Of a stretch of DNA of 64,000 nt, positions 50,603-63,545 are shown one piece after another. Location: the NCBI GenBank assembly GCA_951406725.2, contig OX597816.1, positions 176,948,001 to 177,012,000 of the forward strand. The letters are read 5' to 3'. The notes beneath the pieces were generated by a model. It did not search any database and had not been told where the DNA came from. It saw only the letters and a list, made by a program, of their open reading frames with translations. The first letter of the stretch is position 1. Every line of letters starts with the position of its first letter. A program made the translations under genes and the position numbers. Source of the stretch: Octopus vulgaris (Eukaryota).

Positions 50603-53574
50603 AAATTTGATAAAGACCTTGTAACTGATAATCGTTGATTACAAGTCCCCTGGTGAATTTCTGTATAACCTTCTATATAACATTTTCATTTTTAACAAAA
50701 AATATTAACAACATTGCCTTCAAATCTAAACTGTTTTGATAATAATATCTGTAATATCAAAAAGTACTGTTGAATAGTGTTGGCCATACAAATATCAGTT
50801 GAAGAGACTGGGACTTGAGACACACTTCCATCTTCCATCTTCAGTATCACCATCATCATCATCCCCTCAATCACTATTACATTAATGCCCTCAATATCAC
50901 TGTTATCAATATCTATCATCATTGTTGTCAAACCATCATCATCCTCATCATCATCACCATCATCATCATGATAGCCACTTTGCAAAACAAATTGGATGGA
51001 TGAAATAGTGAAAAGTTTCTCAAAGAGGTGAGTCTTTTGACAGAATGAGAAGAATTATCCTTATTCATTTCATCTGAGGTTCTGAAATTGAGGAAGGTTA
51101 AAGGTAAGAACTTTCTTCAATACAAGACAGCACATGTGAGAAACTTTGGATGGAACGGTTAAAACGATGAGAAAATGGTGCTAGAAGCTGGGATGTCTAT
51201 GAGGGAGACTTTAATGAAGACTGTTATTGTCAGTGTGATGTTTGAAGTTATCTAGAATTTATTGACTACACTAAATATAATGTATCTATGGACTTCACTA
51301 TCTGTCTGTATCAAATTTTCTTCCCATGTTCATGTTTAACCTGCCTTAGGTATTTTTGTTGCTGCTTTTTTCTTAAGAAGTAGAGCACATTATTTATCAA
51401 ACTTACCGTTGAGAGTTGCCACTTAGCATTCAGCTATTAAGAAATATTAGGAAAATATATTTCATAAATGTTACGTACACACACACATGCATATACATAA
51501 ATACACATACACCCACACACATAAATAGACAGACAATAGATAGTCAGTCAAACAAATAGATAGACAGATAGATAAATAGATAGATAGATAGGTAAACAAA
51601 CAAACAAACAGATGAACAGATAGATAGATAGATAGATAGACAAGCAAACAGAGAGATAGACCAATAGACAGATAGGTATATAGATAAATATTTCTAAGAA
51701 ATACTGCACAGAATTTAAATATTTTTCTAAGAAATATTTCAAGAACTGGAAATGAAATACATGGTTTAATTTCAGGAGAATGAAAGCAATAGTTATAGGT
51801 CATTGAAGAACTAACAGAAGTTGATAGAAATGATTTAACAAGAAAACTGGGTTGTAATTTGAGACGGAATGCTATAGGAATGCTGTAGGGCCAAAAATAT
51901 CTTTTATACTAATTAATCTAAATGTTCTGGCATTGGACAAATTATATTAAGCTCCTAAATTTACTACCTGCTGTTTCATCTATTACATAAAAATAACATG
52001 GCTTAGTAACATTTGTGGGTGTACTGGTTAGTGTTTGTAAGCAAAATATTAGTTTTGAATTTAATATCTATGTAATATATATCTAAGGTTTAGCTAAGAT
52101 ATTATTTGAAATTGGCCACAAGAATTTATATAATTGAAGTACAATAATACTGTAAACCTCTTCAGAATGAACGACAAATCAACAATTTGCAGAAATATTG
52201 TGTATAAAAATGTGTAGAAGTACTACTATATATTTTAAAGTATTTAATGTATCTTCTTTATAAAATATATTTAATATTTGTTAGCTAATATTTGTAGTAA
52301 GAAGTGTGGGAAGTGATTCTGAAATAATTGGCAAATAAGTGCAAAAGATGTTAATTTTATATTATACTTGTGACAAATGTTTCTTTCCAGCTAAGTATTA
52401 AATATCACTTTATTTTCTCAATAAATGTTAAACTGAGGTAGCAAATATGATTGAAAATATAGCCTATTCCAATTTAGATATCTGTAATAAAAATGATATG
52501 CTAAAATGAAGACAATTAGTTCTTATTTATCTTTGAATAATGTGCAATTCTTAACCTGATCTAAGAAAGAAAGATGAATTTGTTGTGAGATGTATAAATT
52601 CAGAATCAATAAACCAGTAATGGTTGTTTCTGAAAACCCACACCGATTTTTTCCATTATTTCCATTTCCCTTCTGTAATTTATCACAACATTTATAAGTA
52701 TTTATTAAAACGAAACATTAGTTTAGTTACAAAGCAGCAAAACCAATACAGCAGTACTCTACAATACTAGAGCTTCTGTGGAACACACAAAATGACTCTA
52801 CTACAAGTAGACTATTTCCAACAAAATCGTTCATGCTATAATGATTAAGTGTTCTTGTTGCTGTGTATTGAGCTGTGTTTTTGTTTCTTAGCAATATTTA
52901 TATTTGATAAATAATGTGTTTGACAAGTTTTCTTACAGACAACACATCTCTAATAAGTTTCTTCATCATTGTTTTAATGCTAACTTTTCCATGGCTGCAT
53001 GGGTCAGTCAAAATTCCCTGAAGCTGATTTACTATGGCTGCATGCCCTTCATGTTGCCAACTCTTACCTGTTTCCATGCAAGGTAACACTTCCTCATGGC
53101 CTGATACACATTTAAAAAAATATATTTTATGAAACATTAGAAACGAAAGACACTGCTTTTATGATGGTGGAACTTGCTTCCAAATGTTGAGCGATATTAA
53201 AACAAGGAAACACAAATGCACAGAGATCCACTCACACAGATGTACAGACACTTACTTACACATACATCATAGGCCTCTTTCAATTTCCATCTATCAAGTT
53301 CTACTCAGAAGCTACTTACTCCAAAGAAACACACTGTGGTTGGGAAGTGAACTACTTAATCACACAGTGATACCTGCACACACACACACACACACACGCT
53401 ATGACTTAGCACCACATGACTCAAAGTTTTGTGCGACATGTTCATCTCATCAGATGCGATGGACATGTTCTATGCACCCACAAAATTAAGTCATGTGAAG
53501 CTGAGCCAAACTGCTATTAAATACATGTAACTCCAACTAAATGAATAGAGTGATACTTTTACTTTTTCACTCAC

Positions 53575-53606
<32 letters not shown>

Positions 53607-53920
53607 ATGCATGTATGTATATGGGTGTGTACAGTTAAAAATGTATAATAAGATGTGAAAAATCTTTGCTGCAGAAACTGTCTAGAGAGAATAATTCTCC
53701 TTATAGACAATATATGTGAAAATACACAGTTGGGCTGTGAATAAGGAGAACTTTTTTCTCTTGAGACCGTTTCCATAGTGAAGGTCTTTTCATATCCAAG
53801 CATACATCAATGTGTTAAATATAATTGTACACACCTATAATTCACTCAACTTTGCTTTGTGTATCTCAAGTAAATATATACATACATATGTGTGTGTGTG
53901 TATATATATATAATTATAGT

Positions 53921-54094
53921 GTGGAAGGCGTTTATAAGCCATTTAAAAACACAAAAAAAACTACAGCACGGAATTTTCTCAATGAACAGGTTGCGGTCTC
54001 AAAGTGCCGAAAATATTTCAACAAATTAAATTTAAATGTTGAAGTGAATCTAACGGTTTTTGTGTGTTTTTAAATGGCTTATAAACACCTTCCA
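53921..54094. repeat. Inverted-repeat cassette between microsatellites (arms about 38 bp)
   Basis: TGGAAGGCGTTTATAAGCCATTTAAAAACACA.. / ..TGTGTTTTTAAATGGCTTATAAACACCTTCCA. Confidence 0.8.
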
Positions 54095-54161
54095 TGTTGC
54101 AATTGTTTTTGTTCCAGCACATGATCTCAGATCAGGTCACTTGCTAGGCAAGTACATCTAC

Positions 54162-54211
<50 letters not shown>

Positions 54212-54229
54212 CAGAAGTGTTAAGACTGA

Positions 54230-54445
54230 TCCTTCTGGTGGGATAAAGCACTTGTGGTGGTGCCATATAAAAGCCCTTGTGCAGCACCATGTAAAAGTGC
54301 CCAGGATACTCTGTAAAGTGGTTGTTGCTAGGAAGGGCATCCAGACATAGAAACTATGCCAAATCAGACTAGAGTCTGGTGCAGCCCTGCCCAGCTTGCC
54401 AGCTCTGGTCAAACCGTCCAACCCATGCCAGCATGGACAATGATA
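54230..54445 (+). mobile_element. RTE 3' UTR fragment
   Basis: GTAAAGTGGTTG..AGGAAGGGCATCCAG..CCGTCCAACCCATGCCAGCATGGA. Confidence 0.8.
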
Positions 54446-54986
54446 TATATAAATATACACACATTAAACTCCTAAATCCACATGTATGAATGTATCTCCA
54501 TGTACATTGTTACATCTACTGCAAACAAAAGCTGCAACATTTGGACATTTCTTTCAATTTTTATGTATCATTTGTATATTTACACATTGTTACAGTTCTG
54601 GCCTTTACAAGTCTCACAAGCATGTAGCACTATTTTTTTGCCAGTAGTAGTAGTTGTAGCTCCCTAAATTTTTTCTAACCCTTTCTTTCCTTGGCAACTA
54701 TGTTCCCAGAATACTCATCCCACCTACTGATTAAAGCACCTAAATAACAAAAACTGACTGTTTATAAGGAGCTTTCTGAGTAGTTGAGAGAATCTATCTC
54801 CTGGGTATATTCCTTAATGTTGCTGTACCCTGGGAACATAATAAAGCTGTCTTTGTTGTTGGCCTATTTGAGATCCCTCTACATCTCTTGAGCATTTATT
54901 ATTTACATAAAGCACAATGTATGGAGTTTCTGCCGACTCCTTTTTTGGTTGGTTGGTTGGTTGGATGGATGGATGGATGGATGGAT

Positions 54987-55019
<33 letters not shown>

Positions 55020-55023
<4 letters not shown>

Positions 55024-55183
55024 CATTATATAAAAGGGCTTAGTAAAATAAATTACTTTGCCGCATACTGAACTCATTAGAAATAGCAGCTAAAAAACTT
55101 TTTAGCTGCTAGAAAAAACTTTCTAATGAGTTCAGTATGCGGCAAAGTAATTTATTTTACTAAGCCCTTTTATATAATGTAAT
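55020..55183. repeat. Near-perfect fold-back palindrome (64-bp arms plus an inner 13-bp stem) in a (TA)n-flanked cassette
   Basis: 55020-55083 is the exact reverse complement of 55120-55183; inner stem TAGCAGCTAAAAA/TTTTTAGCTGCTA. Confidence 0.95.
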
Positions 55184-55271
55184 AATTTGAATTCGCCTTA
55201 AATGGTCCCTTTGCATACTGAACACTTGGTGAAATTGATTAATAATTAATTAATTTTACCCTCAATTGTTG

Positions 55272-55325
<54 letters not shown>

Positions 55326-57274
55326 ATACATAGCCAAATGGATAGAGAGATAAACAGATAGAAAGAAAGACAATTAACTAGGTATGTAGTGAGGGAAGAA
55401 GACTCTTGTAAGCAAATAATTTTTTATGAAAACCTCATGATATCTCTCAAGGAACCAAGAACACCATTCGCTTGTCAAATGAGAAATTATCTCATCTAAA
55501 CAGTTGTTAGAGAAGCAAAATATGTTGTAGTTGAAAACATTTGTTATATAATATAAATGGTTTGTGTGAGTCAGTTTGAATGTCTGCAAATGCAGCTTGT
55601 TATGTGTAATTACCAAAAATTAAATGCTAGCATGTTTTTATATTTAAAATTACCTACAAGAATTCAAGTATTTTCTTGTAAATTGAATGATTTTTAATTT
55701 TCATTCTTTCTATAACAAATGCCCCACGGTGTATATTTACAGATATAATTGAAAAACTGTGGCTTATATTTTTAAATTGCTTGACTACATTTAAAGATTA
55801 GGAAGAAAGCAGAGAACTTTACATCCATTGTAGGTTAGGCTGTGGTTGCTTAGTCCGAATCAGAACTGATAAGCAGATCTATGATGCAGCTGTGACTGTC
55901 ATGTCTTTTAAAGGGTGTCTAACACTTGTACCTTTCCAATGTATCCTTCCACTTTTAAGATGATAGCATATGATTTGAGGAAGATTTAGTTGCTATTTCT
56001 AGCAGACCAACTGACAATGTAGAGTCAAACACACTGGCTTGCTATTGCAGCTTATATCTGTGATGAATGACTAAATTACAGTATGAACAGTGAGTATTGT
56101 AGAATAGCAGGTAAGCTCACAACATGCTGAGTTTGCAATGCAGTTTTGATTTCTAGTTATAGCTATCTACCATACATTATTAATACTACTGGGGAATGTA
56201 CAAAACAGTTCTTATTTTCCTCCTCTCTTAAAAAATCTTTTGAGCTCATGCTTCCTGTAGAAAGCAACAAGAATCTACCATAGGGTAGCTTTCTTGATAT
56301 ATTATATTGGTATCATTGAAAACTCATCTTGAAATGAATATGCTTTCAAGTAAATAATTTATTTGTATGTATTTATACATGTAAGTATGTACTAATAACT
56401 ATATGCAGTTAGGCATATGTCTCTGCATTTTGTCTTGCTTGAGCGTGATTGCATCAGCATTAAAATTCTCATTAATGTATAATTGTACTAGTACAAGTTG
56501 TAGCAACCGTAACTTGGGTTAGTATATAAATATATATATATATATCAGTAGGAAGAAGATTGACATTGTCAATGAACATCAATTACATAACTCTATGTAA
56601 TTTGTAGTATTTGGAAATAACACAGCAGTGATATTTGTGATGTATCCTTATTCAAAATACAATGTTGATAGTATTGAAACCAGAGAGTTTCAACATAACT
56701 TTTAACGAAATCTTTTTCTTTTAAGGCAATATTTAGAATGAAATACATCTACGATCAAAGGTCAGGACTGGTGCTAGGGTTGCTTGCGCCCTGGGCAAAC
56801 TAAACTTTAGCATGTATAAGCTGATGGTCAGAGAAATTTCCTTGTCTTTGTCAATCCCTCCTTGACAGTCTGCCTGAGTTGCTAGCACCTTGAGCTGGTC
56901 TTGTCAAAGGCGTTCCAGTTATGACTATCCTGCTTTTCTTTTCAACAGCTGTTAAGTGGTGGTTGGGTGACAAATATAAATACAAAGACACACACACACA
57001 CACACACACACGAAAGGTTTCCACATAGTTTCCATTTATCAAATTTACTTGTAAGTCATTGGAAGCACTTGCCCAAAGTGTCCTGTAGTGGGACTGAACC
57101 TGGAACCATGTGGTTAGAAAGTAAACTTCTTAGCTGCACAGCCATACCTGCAACTAGGTTATAATTATTATTACAGATTAAAAAGCTTTGATTCAATTGA
57201 GGGAAAATGCTCCAATACATTGTATATTTTAAGCAAGAGAGAAATTAAACATTAAATATGAGGATTAAATATAG

Positions 57275-57700
57275 CCGCAGGAGTGGCTGTTTGGTAAGTA
57301 GCTTGCTAACCAACCACATGGTTCCGGGTTCAGTCCCACTGCGTGGCATCTTGGGCAAGTGTCTTCTGCTATAGCCCCGGGTCGACCAATGCCTTGTGAG
57401 TGGATTTGATAGATGGAAACTGAAAGAAGCCTGTCGTATATATGTATATATATATATATATATAAGTGTGTGTGAATATGTTTGTGTGTCTGTGTTTGTT
57501 CCCCTAGCATTGCTTGACAACCGATGGTGGTGTGTTTACGTCCCCGTCACTTAGCGGTTCGGCAAAAGAGACCGATAGAATAAGTACTGGGCTTACAAAG
57601 AATAAGTCCCGGGGTCGATTTACTCGACTAAAGGCGGTGCTCCAGCATGGCCGCAGTCAAATGACTGAAACAAGTAAAAAAAAAAAAAAAGAAAAGAAGA
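57275..57700 (+). mobile_element. SINE family A, full length (partial minus copy at about 56945-57152)
   Basis: Family consensus. Confidence 0.92.
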
Positions 57701-57804
57701 GTATTAGAATAATTGTGGTGAATTCGATCTGTGCTATACTCAGTGGTGGCCAATGACATGCATTGGTCAAACCATAATTGTTTGCAATATGTGAACTCTA
57801 TAAG

Positions 57805-58235
57805 GCAGCGAGTTGGCAGAATCTTTAGCACAATGGACAAAATGATTAGCCACATTTCATCTAGCTTAATGTCAGAGCTCAAATTCTGCTGAGGTAACTT
57901 TGCTGTCCATCCTTCCAGGGTTGAGAAAAATAAGTACCAGTTGTGCACTGCGGTCAATGTAATTGACTCTGCACAGCCCGAAATTGCTGGCCTTGTGCCA
58001 ATTTGAACTCAAGTTAAGGTGACGAGCTGGCAGAACCATTAGCATGCTAGGTAAAAAAATCCTTAGGGGTGTTTTGTCTGTTTTCATGTTCTGAGTTGAC
58101 ATTCTGCTGAGGTTAACTTTGCTGTTTATCCTTCCATGGTTGATAAAATAAGTACCAGTTAAGCATAGGGGTCAATGTAATCGATTTGCTCCACCCCACG
58201 CCCGTAATTGCAGGCCTTGTGCCAAAGTTTGAAGT
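57805..58235 (+). mobile_element. Two tandem SINE family D copies
   Basis: Two units GCGAG(T/C)TGGCAGAA..ATTCTGCTGAGGT..AAATAAGTACCAGTT..GGCCTTGTGCCAA. Confidence 0.85.
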
Positions 58236-58831
58236 CAGTATATGAACTGTATACAGGTTTTATAAAAATCATAGTTTTAAAGAGAAATCCCATAGCATAT
58301 AAGGTGGAATACCAAACTTCTTGAATTATATGTTAACATGACCCTTTTGCTTTAATGTTCTAGGTTCACATTTACTAAAGACTAATATATATATTTCCCT
58401 TCATTTTTGTGGGTTGAATAAATAGCCATAGAAAACAAACCATCAACAAATTTCAGCATAGAAGGAGGATAGTATTTGGTTCCAGCACTGTGTCTATGAA
58501 TTGGAAGTTCAAAGATAGTTGTTCAGATGTAATGACAGTTATGCAAAACAAATATCCAACATTTTTGCACAATATGCCACCTGATGTGGTTGGCAAAGTT
58601 TCACCAAAGTTGTTTGTTCTGAAGATAGCCAGTCAAAGTTATATATCATTCAGTTTTGTAAGCAAAAAAACTGTCACAATAAATATTAACATCTGGTTTC
58701 TCAGAAAATTGGATGTGTCATCAGTAGCAACTCACCAAACATATGTACACACACACACATTCTATGTATATACATGTATATGTGTATGTACATAAGTATA
58801 GATATATATACATATGAAGTTTATACATATA

Positions 58832-59205
58832 CTCTTTTATTCTTTTACATGTTTCAGTCATTTGATTGCAGCCATATTGGAGCACTGCCTTAAAGAGTTT
58901 TTTAGTTGAAGAAATCGACCCCAGGACTTATTCTTTGTAAGTACTTATTCTATTGGCTATTTTTACTGAAGTGCTAAGTTACAGGGGACATAAGCACACG
59001 ACCATCAGTTGTCAAGCAATGACAGAGAGACAAACACAGCCACAAAGGCACACACATATACGACAGACTTGCTTCAGTTTCTGTCTACCAAATCCACTCA
59101 CAAGGCTTTGGTTGGCCCAAGGCTATAGCAGAAGGTACTTGCCGAAGGTGCTATGCAGTAGGACTGAACCCGGAACCAGGTAGTTCAGAAGCAAGCTTCT
59201 TACTG
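58832..59205 (-). mobile_element. SINE family A
   Basis: Reverse complement of the consensus. Confidence 0.85.
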
Positions 59206-59667
59206 TAAGTTTTCCTAAGAGTGCTTCAAATAATGTTTAAATTAACATAAGTATGATTAAAAATAGATTTCATGTATTTTCCAAAAGCAAAACATCACTA
59301 AATTATCTGTTTTTCTAAAAAACTGGAATTGGTAAAAGTGGTGACCATCCCTCTTTGGAGTTAGACACAGTTTATTTAGTTTTTACATTATTTGGGTATC
59401 CTTCATTTTTTTGAGAGAGTAGGGTTTTTTTTAGAAAAGAATATTTGACTGCTACTTCTAGTAGTTTAAGAAACCACATAATGATTCTCTCAATATTTCA
59501 AGTTAATCCACTAAGTGTTTATGGTGTGAATATATGCATGCAGGTATTTGTATATGAATGGCTAAGTGATTTTACTTGTTAAAGAAGGCTTTTTACTGGT
59601 GTACCAGTATTTCTTATATCAAAGACTAACTGACAGTCTTGGGCAGGCTGGTATCAAAAGATCTAAC

Positions 59668-59918
59668 TGTTTCTGATACCAAGCAACTTAAAACTGTCCT
59701 GGTTGTAAGATTTAAACTTCTTATTTTAATGTCTACTAAATTTAAATCTTCCCTCAGGATTCCAAACTAAATTTACCAAACACAGGATTCCAAACTAATT
59801 TATCAAACACTAGCTTAATAAAAACTAAGTTATTTTAATAAGTTCTTAATTATTTTCAAAATTAATTAACACAAAAGTAGTGTGGTGTTTAAACAGAAAT
59901 ATGGTAACAAAAGGGTTA
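59668..59918. mobile_element. piggyBac-type MITE P1 (degraded, with an internal 29-bp tandem duplication)
   Basis: Ends GGTAACAAAAGGGTTA; body is colinear with P1; CAGGATTCCAAACTAA.. is repeated. Confidence 0.7.
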
Positions 59919-60651
59919 GAGACCTTAAGCCTTTTTCTGTAGATAGGTCTCTTCTCCCTATATAATATATTCTACAATGTGAGCATTTTTCACCAACTGC
60001 AAATGTTGTTTTTATCACAACACAGTAAATAATTCATTCTAACATCTTTTTGTTTTCAAAGAAGAAGCTGACTAGAAGATTCCTTTAGATAAATTATTTA
60101 GAAAAAGAAATATTATAACCCCACCCCCACTACCAAAAAATATGGTTCAGACTATACAATTGTGTGTGTCTACACATCCGTCCATCCCTCTGTCTGTCCG
60201 TCCGTCCATCATCCATACATATTGAAATCATAGACATCAATTAATTCTCACTGACTATAGTTTCTTTTTAAATAAAAAAACAAATTGTTTTCAGTTTTGG
60301 ATTCTCCACAACAATTCCATAAACTTCGACAATTGCATCAAATCTTTGAAACAAATGTTTTCCTTTTCCCCCTCTTTTTTATTTTTTGGTTGGATGGAAT
60401 TATATAAAGTCAACTACTTAGTAGGTGAGTGGGATGGGGTGGTGGTGCTATTTTAAGTTGCCTTAAGTAAAATATTGTGCAACTTTGCTTTGAGCGGGAT
60501 TACACCACAATACCAGCTGCAGGAAGTTATTGAGGTGACCTTTTGGTCGTTAGTACAAGTCTTTAACAACCTCAACCACTGTAATTAGTATATGATAAAC
60601 AATAAATTATAACATAATAAAAACAAAATCAATGTACAGAAAGACTATTCC

Positions 60652-61055
60652 ACTCTTTTACTCTTTTACTCTTTTACTTGTTTCAGTCATTTGACTGTGG
60701 CCATGTTGGAGCACCGCCTTTAGTCGAGCAAATCGACCCCGGGACTTATTCTTTGTAAGACCAGTACTTATTCTATCAGTCTCTTTTGCTGAACCGCTAA
60801 GTGACAGGGACGTAAGCATACCAGCATCGGTTGTCAAGCAATGCTAGGGGGACAAACACAGACACACACATATATATATATATACATATATACGACAGGC
60901 TTCTTTCAGTTTCCGTCTACCAAATCCACTCACAAGGCATTGGTCGGCCCGGGGCTATAGCAGAAGACACTTGCCCAAGATGCCACGCAGTGGGACTGAA
61001 CCCGGAACCATGTGGTTGGTTAGCAAGCTACTTACCACACAGCCACTCCTCCGCC
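60652..61055 (-). mobile_element. SINE family A, full length
   Basis: Reverse complement of the consensus with (CTCTTTTA)n. Confidence 0.92.
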
Positions 61056-61624
61056 TGTTTATGTTTTGTGAATCAATTCACAATGTTTTCTTATTTAACT
61101 TCATGCATTAAGTAGGAGAAAGAGAGTGAGTGACAACCATGCACTTCTAAAGGTCTAAGGGTATTACTAAATGTATAAATTCCATTAGAAGTGAGGCAAC
61201 TTCTTGGTAATTGCTTAACTTGCTACAAATAACAGCTAAATCTCCTTCAAATCACAGCCTATTTTAAAAAGTATACATCAACTAATGTAGTCAGAGGTAC
61301 ACAATGCCTGAACCAAAAAAGCAGGATGGTCATAACTGGAATGCCTTTGATAATAGATGTATTTAATTGGGGCTGACATGGGACTTTGAAACAACAATAA
61401 CAACAATAGCAACTTGGGTGTCAGGTTTATTTTAATCTTTTTTTCCTGTTCACAGTTTTTATGTAATTAGACCTTTAATATTCAAGCAGGTCATATCAGG
61501 CCTCTCACACATACTCTACAATGTCTGTCTAAAAATAAACAAATGCATCAATATTGAAATTTCAAAGCTACAAGATAATGCATGATTAATTCAAAACAAT
61601 ACGAATAATATATGTATATATATT

Positions 61625-62285
61625 GTACATGGACGAAGACAGCTGTGTAAAGAAGTGCCGATCTCTGACGGTGGAGGGAACCCGTGAAAGAAGTAGTCCC
61701 AGAAAGACACGGGACAAGGTGGTGAACCATGACTAGTGACCGAGACTTTTGGTAATAAGCTGTTCTTAAGAAGACCTGCCAAGCCAAGTGAAATTGTAGT
61801 TGCAGCCGAAGCTGGTGTCATGTGACTGGTACCCATGCTGGTGTCATGTAACTGGTACCCATGCTGGTGTCATGTAATAGGTACCCATGCTGGTGGCATG
61901 TAAAAAGCACCTCTCAAGTTTCAGGCCTCAGGGAGACTACGTGGCTGATGCTGGTGTCATATAACTAGCACCGATGCCAGTGGCACATAGAAAGCATCTT
62001 TCAAGTGTTGGGCTTCACAGAGGCAATAACAAATGACCGAAACCTTTGGCAATATGCCATGCTTGAGTAGAAGACCCATCAAGCCAAGTGAAATCATAGT
62101 TCTGTCAGATGTCACACAACTGGTGCCTGTGCTGGTAACATGTAAAAGCACCCATTATATTCTTGGAGTGGTCGGTGATAGGAAGGGCATCCAACTGTAG
62201 AAATCATGTCAAATCAGACTGATGCTTGGTGCAGCCCCTCAGCTTACCAGCCCTGGTCAAACCATCCAACCATGCCAGCATGGGT

Positions 62286-62341
<56 letters not shown>
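61625..62341 (+). mobile_element. RTE 3' fragment of a related subfamily (ORF end, 3' UTR with 26-bp tandem units, (GAT)n)
   Basis: MDEDSCVKKCRSLTVEGT..PRKT.DKVV parallels 36149-36250; CATGCTGGTGTCATGTAACTGGTACC repeats. Confidence 0.85.
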
Positions 62342-62342
62342 A

Positions 62343-62742
62343 TAGGAGTGGCTGTGTGGTAAGTAGCTTGCTAACCAGCCACATGGTTCCGGGTTCAGTC
62401 CCACTGCGTGGCATCTTGGTAAAGTGTCTTCTGCTATAGCCCCGGGCCGACCAATGCCTGTGAGTGGATTTGGTAGACGGAAACTGAAAGAAGCCTGTCG
62501 TATATATGTATATATATATATGTGTGTGTGTGAGTGTGTGTCTGTGTTTGTCCCCCTAGCATTGCTTGACAACCAACGCTGGTATGCTTACGTCCCCGTC
62601 ACTTAGCGGTTCAGCAAAAGAGACCGATAGAATAAGTACTGGGCTTACAAAGAATATGTCCCGGGGTCGATTTACTCGACTAAAGGTGGTGCTCCAGCAT
62701 GGCCGCAGTCAAATGACTGAAACAAGTAAAAGAGTAAAAGAG
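62343..62742 (+). mobile_element. SINE family A, full length
   Basis: Family consensus. Confidence 0.92.
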
Positions 62743-63032
62743 TATATACATATATATGCTTATATATGTATGTCATAAATATGTATATATACATAAATAT
62801 ATATCATCATCATCATCTGTTTTCCAAACTGGCATGCGTTGGACTATCTATCTATCCATGTGGGTGTGTGTGTGTGTACAAACAGTGTTATACAATAGTT
62901 TCTGTACCAAATTTCAGTCACATGGCATAAGTCAACATGAACCAAAAAGAGAAGGCACTTGCTTAAAGTGTCGCACAGTGGGAAGGGATCAAGCCCAAAG
63001 CCATACAACCATTAATCGGAATCAGCTCTTCA

Positions 63033-63253
63033 TTAACCCTTTAGCAATCAGATCCCTTTCTCAAATGTAATGCTTGTTTATTCACATTATTTTGAATTAA
63101 TCATGCATTGTCTTATAACTTCAAGATAACTGGTGTGTTTGTATATTTTAGAATGGCATTGTCAGATAAGTGTGAGACGTTGGATCTGATCAGTTTGAAC
63201 ATAAAACAGGTAGAATGGGTTGGATATGGCCAGATTAAATGCTAACAGGCTAA
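63033..63253. mobile_element. piggyBac-type MITE P2
   Basis: TTAACCCTTTAGCAATCAGA..TTAAATGCTAACAGGCTAA. Confidence 0.78.
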
Positions 63254-63328
63254 GGACATGTTGTATTGAAAACATGTCTGTAATAGTTTTCAAATGTTTT
63301 CTGACAAGTTTATTAAATTTTCAACATA

Positions 63329-63545
63329 TGAGGAGGTGCTGAAAAGCTCCTGGCTTTAAGGGTGTCGTGAAAAGCCTGATTGGAGGCCCAACCTTCTGAG
63401 TCCTTTTACAGGGCTTAGAAAAACTGAATGACTGCTGCAATAAGTGTGTGAATCTCAGGGAGGAATATGTTTAATAAAATCATAATTAACTGATTCTTCT
63501 GTATTTTCTTTTACCTAAAGCCGGGAACTTTACAGCACCCGCTTG
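63329..63545 (+). mobile_element. Mariner-derived MITE (217 bp)
   Basis: TA-flanked imperfect 30-bp TIRs (TGAGGAGGTGCTGAAAAGCTCCTGGCTTTA / TAAAGCCGGGAACTTTACAGCACCCGCTTG); interior encodes GLEKLNDCCNKCVNLREEYV, like a mariner C-terminus. Confidence 0.82.

Noticed and set aside
55217-55240. CTGAACA-CTTGGT-GAAA as a hammerhead core
   Set aside because: Invariant G8 is missing and there is no stem I or III
56762-56810. hAT-like terminus CAGGACTGGTGCTAGGG..GCGCCCTGGGC
   Set aside because: No partner TIR or TSD found; too short to call
58490-58795. 101-aa ORF as a host exon (also 38786-39055)
   Set aside because: No recognisable motif, non-ATG start or no convincing splice pair; length expected by chance
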